Of a stretch of DNA of 46,022 nt, positions 16,251 to 23,409 are shown piece by piece. Position numbers and translations under genes: made by a program. The stretch covers positions 1 through 46,022 of the forward strand of contig DATIFV010000207.1 of assembly GCA_035455085.1 (NCBI GenBank), in the 5' to 3' direction. This DNA comes from Candidatus Methylomirabilota bacterium (GTDB lineage Bacteria > Methylomirabilota > Methylomirabilia > Rokubacteriales > CSP1-6). Each line of letters begins with the position of its first letter. Position 1 is the stretch's first letter. The notes under the pieces were generated by a model. The model ran no database searches, had not been told where the DNA came from, and worked only from the letters and a program-made list of their open reading frames with translations.

Positions 16251-17216
16251 TCAGGCGGGCAGGGGATGCAGGTCGGGGCGGCAGACCGTGCAGGGAGCGA
16301 AACCGGCGGCCTCGGCCCGCTCGCGCGTGCCGAACAGCGTGAGCTTGGAGAGAGGCTGCGACGGCAGCGAGCCGCAGGTCGGCACGCAGTACTCCTGGTC
16401 GCCGGTCATCATCGTGTACATCGCGGTGCGGTCGATCCGGAAGTCGTCCCGGGCCGGGACCGCCCTCACGCCCTCGACCGCGAGCAGCCGCTGCTTGAGG
16501 TCGACGTGGCGTCCCGCGTATCCGGTGAGCGCCCCCGAGCTGCCGATGACCCGGTGACAGGGAATGACGATGGGCAGCGGGTTCCAGCGCAGGGCCTGCG
16601 CCACCGGACGCACCGCCGCCGGCGAGCCGATACGCGCGGCGATCCCCGCGTACGAGGTCACCGCGCCGTACGGGAGCGCGGCGGTGGCCTCGAGCACGCG
16701 CCGCTGGAAGCCGCTCCGCATGCGCCGCAGGTCGAGCGGCCAGTCGAGGCGAGCGCGGCGACCCTCGAGGTACTCCGTCAGCTCCGCCTGGAGGGCCTCC
16801 GTCGCGGCGCGGTCCTCGACCGCGTCCTCGCCCAGAAGCCGGCGCACGTGATCGGGTAGCCCCCCGGAAGCGGGCAGATACTGCACCAGCGCCACCCCCT
16901 GCTCGGAGCGGCCGATGAGGATGCGGCCCAGCGGCGACGGGAAGATCCCGAAGCTCACCATCCGGGAGCGCAGGTCGGCAAGGCGGGAGGCGAGCTGCGC
17001 GCGGGCGAGTGTCGCATCGTCGTCCCCGCGCGGCGCGCGGCGCAGGGTCTGCATCATGCCCTCGAGCGCGCGGTACTGGGCGAGCTCCTCCCGGCAGGGC
17101 CCGCAATCCGCCACGTGGGCCTGCACGCGCGCGGTCGCGGTGGATCCCGCCTCCCCCGCGGCGACGCTCAGGAGGTCGGGCTCGATGACACGGCACACCG
17201 GATGGAGAGGGCTCAT
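16251..17216 (-). CDS. Fusion protein: ZAS-type anti-sigma N-terminus + methylated-DNA-protein-cysteine methyltransferase (MGMT/Ogt) + N-Ada-like Cys4 zinc domain
   Basis: The ATG at 17216 overlaps the sigma stop (ATGA). C8...H34VADC38GPC41 (zf-HC2 type). MGMT core with IPC220HRVIG. C-terminus YC277VPTC281GS...FGTRERAEAAGFAPC309TVC312RP. No TM segment. The track ORF (439 aa) is over-extended upstream. Confidence 0.8.
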   Translation of the reverse strand: MSPLHPVCRVIEPDLLSVAAGEAGSTATARVQAHVADCGPCREELAQYRALEGMMQTLRRAPRGDDDATLARAQLASRLADLRSRMVSFGIFPSPLGRILIGRSEQGVALVQYLPASGGLPDHVRRLLGEDAVEDRAATEALQAELTEYLEGRRARLDWPLDLRRMRSGFQRRVLEATAALPYGAVTSYAGIAARIGSPAAVRPVAQALRWNPLPIVIPCHRVIGSSGALTGYAGRHVDLKQRLLAVEGVRAVPARDDFRIDRTAMYTMMTGDQEYCVPTCGSLPSQPLSKLTLFGTRERAEAAGFAPCTVCRPDLHPLPA

Positions 17217-17797
17217 GATCGGGACTCCGTTTCCACCGGGAGATGGCCGTCGAGACCCCGCCGCACCTTGCGCAGGGCCTGGAACACATGGGCGCGCGCG
17301 CTCTCTTCCGAGCACGCGAGGCTCGCGCCGATCTCCGTGTAGTCCAGCTCGTGCATCTTTCTCATGATGAAGGCCAGGCGCTGCTTCGTGGGCAGCGCCC
17401 CGATCACCCGCTCCATGCGGTCCCACGTCTCGCCGGCCAGCAGCCGACCGTCGGCCCGATCCGGGGCGTCCGCCGCCATCTCGAGGGCCGCGGCCTCGTA
17501 CGCCCGGCGCCGCCGCCCCTTCGCCCGGAAGTGGTTGCGCCCGACGTTGGTCGCGATCGCGAACAGCCACGCCCGGACGTTGGCATCCGGCGCGAGACCC
17601 CGATAGGCCCGGAACGCGCGCAGAAAGGTCTCCTGCGACAGGTCGTCGGCATCGCTGGCGCGCGCCGTGACCCGGAGCAGGTAGCGCCGGATCTCCGCGT
17701 GATGGGCCGCCACCACCGCCTCGAACGCGTCCTCCGCCATGGCCCTGCCCATGAGACCCCGCGACCCGGCGAGTGTGAAACCTTCCCCGGGCTGCAC
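17213..17797 (-). CDS. ECF (sigma-70 family, group 4) RNA polymerase sigma factor
   Basis: Region 2 (DADDLSQETFLRAFRAYRGL, VRAWLFAIATNVGRNHFR) and region 4 HTH (LPTKQRLAFIMRKMHELDYTEIGASLACSEESARAHVFQALRKV). The GTG at 17797 has a GGAGG 5 nt upstream. Alternative ATGs at 17752 and 17740. Confidence 0.9.
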   Translation of the reverse strand: MQPGEGFTLAGSRGLMGRAMAEDAFEAVVAAHHAEIRRYLLRVTARASDADDLSQETFLRAFRAYRGLAPDANVRAWLFAIATNVGRNHFRAKGRRRRAYEAAALEMAADAPDRADGRLLAGETWDRMERVIGALPTKQRLAFIMRKMHELDYTEIGASLACSEESARAHVFQALRKVRRGLDGHLPVETESRS

Positions 17798-17798
17798 G

Positions 17799-18782
17799 CT
17801 AACCTCCTGTCCCCGACTGGTTTCCGAGCTCGGCCACCCGTTGCTCCCGGACGAACCGGACGGCGTTCACGGTGCTCACGGTCAGGCTCATGGCCACCGA
17901 CACCACCAGGGTGGCGACCAGGGTCAGAAGCACCGCGCGCTGGCTCCCGAGGATCTGGCGGACCGAGGCCGCCAGGACCAGGTTCACCTTGAGGGTTGGC
18001 ATCACCGCCTGGGTGAGGAGCCACTCGTCCTCTCCCAGGGCGACCACGCCGTCGGACCGCCGCCGACCGAGCTCCTCCACGAAGGGATGGCTCTTCCAGT
18101 CCTCGCGGGTGATCTGGCGGGTCTGCCGGTCCAGATAGATGGCCTGCTTGTCGGCATCGATCATCACCAGCCAGCCTCCGGGCCCGGCCTGCTCGATGGC
18201 CTCGATGGAAGCCTGCAGGCGGATGCTCCCGAGCAGGTAGGCCGCGATCTGCTCGTCCAGCTTGATCGGCACCGCGGCGCCCACGATGAACTCGCGCGAC
18301 GCGCGGCCCAGCATGATGCCGGAGATCGCCGGGCCCCGGACGCGGATGGCCTCCTGCAGGAGCGGCCGGTCGGCATAGCGCAGATCGAGGTTGGAGGCCC
18401 CGTCCGGCCCGGTGAGCGGGCTGAAGGCCACCGGGCGCCCCTCCGGCGTCACCACGAAGAGGGTGGGCATCTGGAGCATCGCCCGCATCGCGTCGATCTC
18501 CCGCTGCAGCGCACGCGGCTCGTGCGAGGCCCAGCTGTGGGCGAAGTGGGCCGCGAGGGGCCCGAGCGCGTCGAGCCGGTCGCGCACCTGGGCGTCGGCC
18601 AGCCGCGCGAGCACCCGCACCACCTCGTGGCGCTGCGCGCGGGCGTCGGCGAGCGCCTGCGGCTTGAGCCGGGTCGTCCACGCCAGCCCCACCACCACGA
18701 GAGCCAGCACCGACACCACCGCCCACGTCGTGCCGAGAAAGAGCAGGTGCGACCGCCCGAGCCCGGTTCCGGACCATGCCAT
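17799..18782 (-). CDS. Two-TM membrane protein with a periplasmic Cache-like sensor domain and no output domain
   Basis: TM1 (LLFLGTTWAVVSVLALVVVGLAW), a roughly 250-aa extracytoplasmic alpha/beta region (YADRPLLQEA..., AVPIKLDEQIAAYLLGSIRL), TM2 (AVLLTLVATLVVSVAMSLTV) and a roughly 20-aa tail. The stop is 1 nt from the sigma start. The Cache call is by pattern only. Confidence 0.6.
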   Translation of the reverse strand: MAWSGTGLGRSHLLFLGTTWAVVSVLALVVVGLAWTTRLKPQALADARAQRHEVVRVLARLADAQVRDRLDALGPLAAHFAHSWASHEPRALQREIDAMRAMLQMPTLFVVTPEGRPVAFSPLTGPDGASNLDLRYADRPLLQEAIRVRGPAISGIMLGRASREFIVGAAVPIKLDEQIAAYLLGSIRLQASIEAIEQAGPGGWLVMIDADKQAIYLDRQTRQITREDWKSHPFVEELGRRRSDGVVALGEDEWLLTQAVMPTLKVNLVLAASVRQILGSQRAVLLTLVATLVVSVAMSLTVSTVNAVRFVREQRVAELGNQSGTGG

Positions 18783-18802
18783 GGCGCTCGATGATACCGC
18801 GC

Positions 18803-18831
18803 TTGACAGGCCACCCGCCCCGCCGCATGAT
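18803..18831 (+). promoter_or_regulatory. Candidate sigma-70-type promoter, TTGACA-N17-CATGAT
   Basis: Perfect -35 at 18803-18808, 17-nt spacer, 4/6 -10 at 18826-18831. About 90 nt upstream of the ADH GTG at 18921. Confidence 0.3.
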
Positions 18832-18882
18832 CGGCCGCGCGGCGCCCGTCCCACCCGGAGCAAGACCACCCGTGTCGCCCTG

Positions 18883-18905
18883 CCCTTCCCCGAGGGAGGG
18901 GTGAG
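18883..18905. repeat. Short GC-rich palindromic element (CCCTTCCC-CGA-GGGAGGG + GTGAG), related to the one at 37954-37990
   Basis: Imperfect 7-bp stem with one bulge and a 3-nt loop, followed by GTGAG and a GGAGG that serves as SD for the next gene. Same layout as the element at 37954. Confidence 0.4.
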
Positions 18906-18920
18906 AAGGAGGAGAGTCCC

Positions 18921-20015
18921 GTGAAAGCCGCCGTCCTCTACAAGGCCAACACCCCCCTCGAGGTCGTGGAGCTCACCCAGGAAGGTCCGAAGGCCGGCGA
19001 GGCCCGCGTCAAGGTCAAGGCCGCCGGCATCTGCCACAGCGACTGGCACATCATGAACGGCGACTGGACACCGCCGCTTCCGATGGTGCTCGGCCACGAG
19101 GCGGCGGGCATCGTGGAGGAGGTGGGCGCCGGAGTCACCAACGTGAAGCCCGGGGACCACATCATCTTCTCGTTCCGGCCACAGTGCGGCCGGTGCCTCT
19201 ACTGCTCGATCGGCCGCTCGATCCTCTGCGACGGGCACGCCTCGCCGCGCTGGGGCATGCTGGACGGCACCTACCGCCTCAAGCGCAACGGGCAGGACAT
19301 CTACCAGATGGCGCGCATCGGCACCTTCTCCGAGAAGGTGGTGTGCCCGGCCGAGATGCTGGTGCCGATCCGCAAGGAGATGCCGTGGCCGCAGGCGGCG
19401 CTGATGGGCTGCTGCGTGCCGACCGGCGTCGGCGCGGTGACCCGCTGCGCGGAGGTGGAGGCGGGCGCCTCGGTCCTGGTCATCGGCTGCGGCGGCGTCG
19501 GGCTCAACGTGGTCCAGGGCGCCAAGCTCGCGGGCGCCGGCGTCATCCTGGCCGCGGACCTGCTCGACAGCAAGCTCGCATACGCCAAGGACTTCGGGGC
19601 GACCCACACCGTCAACGCCAAGAGCGAGAACGTGGTGGACCGCGCGCGCGAGCTGACCCATGGACGCGGGGTCGACTACGCGTTCGACGCGATCGGGGGC
19701 GAGGCGACCACCTTGCAGATCGTGGAGGCCATCCGCCCCGGCGGTACCGCGGTCATCGTGGGCATGGCCGCGCTCAACGTGCGGGCGCCGATCACTCCCT
19801 ACAACATGGCGCTGCAGGAGAAGGCGATCAAGGGCACGATGTACGGCTCGGTGCGCCCCAACATCGACTTCCCGAAGCTGGTGGACCTCTATCTCGCGGG
19901 CCGGCTCAAGATCGACGAATTGGTCAGCCGCACCTACAAGCTGGACGAGATCAACGAGGGCTTCACCGCGCTGCGGACCGGCCAGGTCGCCCGCGGCGTG
20001 GTCGTCTTCAGCTGA
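18921..20015 (+). CDS. Zinc-dependent alcohol dehydrogenase (MDR superfamily)
   Basis: [20 protein letters not shown]..., catalytic Zn motif GICHSDWH...[12 protein letters not shown], structural Zn cysteines (CGRCLYC), Rossmann motif [11 protein letters not shown] start with AGGAGG upstream. Confidence 0.9.
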   Translation: MKAAVLYKANTPLEVVELTQEGPKAGEARVKVKAAGICHSDWHIMNGDWTPPLPMVLGHEAAGIVEEVGAGVTNVKPGDHIIFSFRPQCGRCLYCSIGRSILCDGHASPRWGMLDGTYRLKRNGQDIYQMARIGTFSEKVVCPAEMLVPIRKEMPWPQAALMGCCVPTGVGAVTRCAEVEAGASVLVIGCGGVGLNVVQGAKLAGAGVILAADLLDSKLAYAKDFGATHTVNAKSENVVDRARELTHGRGVDYAFDAIGGEATTLQIVEAIRPGGTAVIVGMAALNVRAPITPYNMALQEKAIKGTMYGSVRPNIDFPKLVDLYLAGRLKIDELVSRTYKLDEINEGFTALRTGQVARGVVVFS

Positions 20016-20041
20016 GCGCGCTCGCCCGCGCCGCGGCCCGG

Positions 20042-20953
20042 GTGCTGCGGCGGTCGCTGGAACGGCTGCTCGACCGCCGTCCCGGCGGCCCGATCGCGCC
20101 GCCCGCGCCACTCGAGACGGTCCTGGTGGGCGACGACTCGCCGGCGGCCCTCGCGCGCCTGCTGTGCGGCCGAGACAACGCGGGTCGCGAAGCAGCCCTG
20201 CCCCGCTACCTGCAGCACCGCGGCATCGCGTTCTCGCGGCATCGCTTCGCGCGGCCCGAGGGGCGCGGCGACACCTTCGCGGTCGAGCTGGGCGAGGGGC
20301 CGCGCGTGCTCGTGCTCTGCGCGCACCACGACGCGGTCCCGGGCAGCCCCGGGGCGAACGACAACGCGGCGGCGGTCGGCATCCTCCTGCACCTGATCCC
20401 CCGCCTCCCCCCGCGCATCCCGCGTGGCTGGCGGGTGCGCCTGCTCTTCACCGCGGCGGAGGAGCTCGACTACCTCGGCGCCCGCGCCTACGTGGAAGAC
20501 ACCTCGCTCGACGACGTCGCGGGCGTGCTGAGTCTCGAGCTGTGCGGCATCGGGGACGCGGTGGCCCTGTGGGACGCGACCGAGTCCACCCCGTTTCTCG
20601 AGGGTGCCACCGCCGCGCTGGAGTCCATCGGCCTGGCCCGCGAGCAGGGCTATCACGTGGTCGGGCGCATCCCGGTCTTCGGCAGCGATCACCGGGCCTT
20701 CGCGGCCGCCGGCGCGCCCGCGTACGGCTTCACGATGGTGCCGTCGGCCCACGCGGGCGCGCTGCGCCGCTTCGTGCTGAGCCCGGTGCGCTCGACCCTC
20801 CGGAGCCTGATCCGCCGTCCGCCCCCGTTCCACACCTACCACACCGGGCGCGATGCGCTCGAGACCCTCGAGCCCGCCGCCCTTCACCGCGCCGCCGCCG
20901 CCCTCATCGCCATCGTCTCCGGGCTCGACGCGCCCAGCCGCTTCGCCCGATGA
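20042..20953 (+). CDS. M28-family metallopeptidase-like protein; start uncertain
   Basis: VLVLCAHHDAVPGSPGANDNAAAVGILL, LLFTAAEELDYLGARAY, SDHRAFAAAG and YHTGRDA match the M28 Zn-ligand blocks. The first canonical in-frame start after the ADH stop is GTG at 20042, with no clear SD. Confidence 0.6.
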   Translation: MLRRSLERLLDRRPGGPIAPPAPLETVLVGDDSPAALARLLCGRDNAGREAALPRYLQHRGIAFSRHRFARPEGRGDTFAVELGEGPRVLVLCAHHDAVPGSPGANDNAAAVGILLHLIPRLPPRIPRGWRVRLLFTAAEELDYLGARAYVEDTSLDDVAGVLSLELCGIGDAVALWDATESTPFLEGATAALESIGLAREQGYHVVGRIPVFGSDHRAFAAAGAPAYGFTMVPSAHAGALRRFVLSPVRSTLRSLIRRPPPFHTYHTGRDALETLEPAALHRAAAALIAIVSGLDAPSRFAR

Positions 20954-20986
20954 CCCCGCACGCCACGCCGCCGGCCCCCCTCCGAG

Positions 20987-22096
20987 CTACGTAAGCGTCG
21001 CGATCTTCTGACGCTCGATCAGCGCGAAATCGATCTGGGCGCCCAGGCCCGGCGCGCTCGGGGCGCGCACCATGCCGTGCGAGTCGACCTCGATGTCGGC
21101 GACGAGCCCGTACTTCTGGGCCTCGGCGGGCAGGAGCACCTCGAAGAACTCGCAGTTCCGGATGGCCATCGCCACGTGGAGGTTGGCCACGTTGTTGAGC
21201 GAGTTGCCCCCGTGGTGGATCTCGAAGTTCATGTGGAAGCCCTCGGCCAGGTGCGCCGCCTTCACCAGCGCGGTGATCCCGCCCTTCACCGCCACGTCGC
21301 CCCGCAGGTAATCGGTGGCCCGGGCCACCAGCCAGGGCGCGTAGGCGGTGAAGCCGCCCGGGGAGTACTCGGTCGCGAGGATCGGGATCGAGAGCTGCTG
21401 CTTGAGCTTGACGTAGTTGTAGAGGTCGTCGTCGGGCAGCGGGTCCTCGTACCAGTAGTAGCCGAGCCGCTCGATGGCACGCCCCACGCGGACCGCGGCC
21501 GGATAGTCGTAGGCCCAGGTGGAGTCGAGCATCAGGGTGAAGGCATCGCCCACCATGCCCCGCACCGCCTCGCAGATCTCGATGTCCGCGCGGGGATCGG
21601 TGGGGGGATGAATCTTGTACGCGGTCCAGCCTGACGCCTTGAAGCGGGCCGCCTCCTCCGCGTAGGCCTGCTTGGACGATAGCACCGCGGAGCTCGCGTA
21701 GGCGGGCAGCCGCTCCCGGTAGGTCCCGAGGAGTCGATGGATGGGCAGTCCGGTCACCTTCCCAGCCAGGTCCCACAGGGCCACGTCCACCGCCCCGATC
21801 GCCCGCCACGTGGTGTGGCGGTTGCGCGAGAGCAGCCCCTGGTACAGGCGCTCGCGATCCAGCGGATCCTGGTCCATCACGAGCGGCTTGAGGGCGGCGA
21901 TCAGCGACTCGGCGTCGTGCTGCGCGCCGCGGCTGGCCGAGCCGAGGAAGGCGTGGCCTTCCACCCCCTCGTCGGTGCGCAGGGTGAGCAGGCCGAGCTG
22001 GCTGCGGCCGCCGAACTTGCCGGTGTGCCGGCCGTAGCTGGTGGCCGGGATGTTCTCCCACGCGAACAGGGTGAGCGTGACGTCGGTGATCTTCAC
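20987..22096 (-). CDS. Enolase-superfamily enzyme (mandelate racemase/muconate lactonizing enzyme family)
   Basis: MKITDVTLTLF..., AIGAVDVALWDLAGKVTGLPIHRLLG, metal-ligand blocks (LMLDSTWAY, YWYEDPL, ATEY). Confidence 0.85.
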   Translation of the reverse strand: MKITDVTLTLFAWENIPATSYGRHTGKFGGRSQLGLLTLRTDEGVEGHAFLGSASRGAQHDAESLIAALKPLVMDQDPLDRERLYQGLLSRNRHTTWRAIGAVDVALWDLAGKVTGLPIHRLLGTYRERLPAYASSAVLSSKQAYAEEAARFKASGWTAYKIHPPTDPRADIEICEAVRGMVGDAFTLMLDSTWAYDYPAAVRVGRAIERLGYYWYEDPLPDDDLYNYVKLKQQLSIPILATEYSPGGFTAYAPWLVARATDYLRGDVAVKGGITALVKAAHLAEGFHMNFEIHHGGNSLNNVANLHVAMAIRNCEFFEVLLPAEAQKYGLVADIEVDSHGMVRAPSAPGLGAQIDFALIERQKIATLT

Positions 22097-22128
22097 GGGA
22101 CTCCTCCTGAGTCTGCTAGATTCGGGCG

Positions 22129-22389
22129 GTGGCCCAGTCCGTTCCGCGCGACGGCGTCGTCCGCATCTTTCGCGACCGCGGCGGCCGCAACGGCAAGACC
22201 GTGACGGTGATCCACGGCCTGCCCGAGCGCGGCCCCGCGCTCGAGGCCCGCCTCTCCGAGCTGAAGCGGCTCTGCGGCGCCGGCGGCACGGTCAAGGACG
22301 GCGTGCTCGAGATCCAGGGTGACCATCGCGAGCGGCTCGCCGCCAGCCTGCGCGCCCTGGGCCACACCGTCAAGCTCGCCGGAGGCTGA
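22129..22389 (+). CDS. yciH: SUI1/eIF1-family translation initiation factor (YciH-like)
   Basis: RDRGGRNGKTVTVIHGL...LSELKRLCGAGGTVKDGVLEIQGDHRERLAASLRALGHTVKLAGG is the SUI1 core. GTG start. Shorter N-terminus than E. coli YciH. Confidence 0.8.
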   Translation: MAQSVPRDGVVRIFRDRGGRNGKTVTVIHGLPERGPALEARLSELKRLCGAGGTVKDGVLEIQGDHRERLAASLRALGHTVKLAGG

Positions 22390-22392
22390 GCG

Positions 22393-22680
22393 CTACTCGA
22401 CCTCCTTGAGCCGCAGGACTTCCGGGCGGCCGTCCATGAACTCGCCCATCTTCCGTCCGAGCGCCTTGAAGTAGTCGGTGGCCCGGTGCGCCTCCACCGC
22501 GGCCTGGTCGACGTAACGCTCCATGAACACGTAGGTCAGGGGGGCTTCGCCCCGATGGAGCGCGTACAGCCGGCAGCCCGGCTCGTTGGCATTGACCTTG
22601 GCCACCAGCTCCTTGGCCACGGCCTCGAACTGGGACTCCATTCCTGCCTTGACCTTGATCGTGGCGACGACCCCGAGCAT
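22393..22680 (-). CDS. Antibiotic-biosynthesis-monooxygenase (ABM/Dabb) family protein
   Basis: 95 aa, MLGVVATIKVKAGMESQFEAVAKELVAKVNANEPGCRLYALHRGE...YVFMERYVDQAAVEAHRATDYF. The track ORF (218 aa) is over-extended upstream. Confidence 0.75.
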   Translation of the reverse strand: MLGVVATIKVKAGMESQFEAVAKELVAKVNANEPGCRLYALHRGEAPLTYVFMERYVDQAAVEAHRATDYFKALGRKMGEFMDGRPEVLRLKEVE

Positions 22681-22841
22681 TGCGGACCTCCCGGCGGGTG
22701 TCCCGATCCGACACGCCGCCGTTCTAGGGTTGACAACCTCCGGCCATGGGGCGCCGAAATTTGTTGGCGGCACGGGCCCCCGGCCTCCCTCGACACCAAC
22801 CGACATCAACCTTTTCAGCCAGTTACCAGCAGTGTCAGCTG

Positions 22842-22857
22842 TGGAACGCCTCTTGCT
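22842..22857 (+). promoter_or_regulatory. Candidate sigma-54-type promoter, TGGAACGCCTCTTGCT
   Basis: GG-N10-GC with TGGAAC and TTGCT blocks in a GC-poorer divergent intergenic region. It ends 13 nt upstream of the ATG at 22871, so the implied leader is only a few nt. Confidence 0.35.
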
Positions 22858-22870
22858 CCGAGGGCCTTGC

Positions 22871-23272
22871 ATGAGAAATCGTGATCGCGTACACGGCCCC
22901 CGGGAGAGCGCAGCCAGGCAGCACACCACCGACCCCCACCCCCCCGAGGTTCGCCGCAAGCGCGGCCGGCCGAAGGGTAGCACCGGCATCAGCCGGCGCC
23001 ATCCCGACTCGGTCCTGGCCGCCGAGCTCGCCAAGGTGCCGCTCGGCATCGTCTACGCGAGCCACGACGGCGAGCTCTACCACGGCGCGTGCAAGCAGCC
23101 GCTCGAGTTCCAGGGCCGGCGCGCCCAGCTCGAGTTCGACTTCTACTGCCTGCGGTGCATGGAGCACGTCGCGCTGCCGCAGTTCGCGCTGAGCCGGATC
23201 CGCTTCGATCTGCCGCGGCCGGCCGACCTCGAGCTGCCGGAGTGGGCCGCGAGCATTATTGCGTATCAATAG
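22871..23272 (+). CDS. Hypothetical small protein with AT-hook-like motif and a Cys/His cluster (133 aa)
   Basis: ATG at 22871. Disordered basic N-terminus with RRKRGRPKGS (GRP core). C-terminal half has YHGAC-x19-CLRCMEH. The upstream in-frame extension in the track overlaps the ABM gene and is not credible. Confidence 0.5.
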   Translation: MRNRDRVHGPRESAARQHTTDPHPPEVRRKRGRPKGSTGISRRHPDSVLAAELAKVPLGIVYASHDGELYHGACKQPLEFQGRRAQLEFDFYCLRCMEHVALPQFALSRIRFDLPRPADLELPEWAASIIAYQ

Positions 23273-23348
23273 ACGCGGATGCCCGGCCCCAGCCGGGCCT
23301 GTTGCGTATCAATAGACGCGGATGCCCGGCCCCAGCCGGGCCTGTTGC
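23259..23348. repeat. Perfect 43-bp tandem duplication (2 full copies + 4 nt), each copy carrying a GCCCGGC-CCCA-GCCGGGC hairpin
   Basis: Unit TTGCGTATCAATAGACGCGGATGCCCGGCCCCAGCCGGGCCTG at 23259-23301 and 23302-23344, then TTGC. Copy 1 contains the last codons and the TAG of the upstream gene. Hairpins at 23281-23298 and 23324-23341. Confidence 0.95.
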
Positions 23349-23367
23349 CTGCCGGTAGACGGTCCGT

Positions 23368-23390
23368 CCCGCCCGGTCCGGGCGGGGTTT
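23368..23390 (+). terminator. Stem-loop CCCGCCC-GGTCC-GGGCGGG followed by GTTT
   Basis: 7-bp GC stem (23368-23374 / 23380-23386), 5-nt loop, short T run. Located between the repeat and the SpoU gene. Confidence 0.45.
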
Positions 23391-23409
23391 CCCCGCACGT
23401 CCGCGCCGT

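Noticed and set aside
23259-23348. Possible CRISPR array or minisatellite at the 43-bp repeat.
   Set aside because: There are only two directly abutting identical copies with no spacers, and no cas genes in the window. It is reported as a tandem duplication instead.
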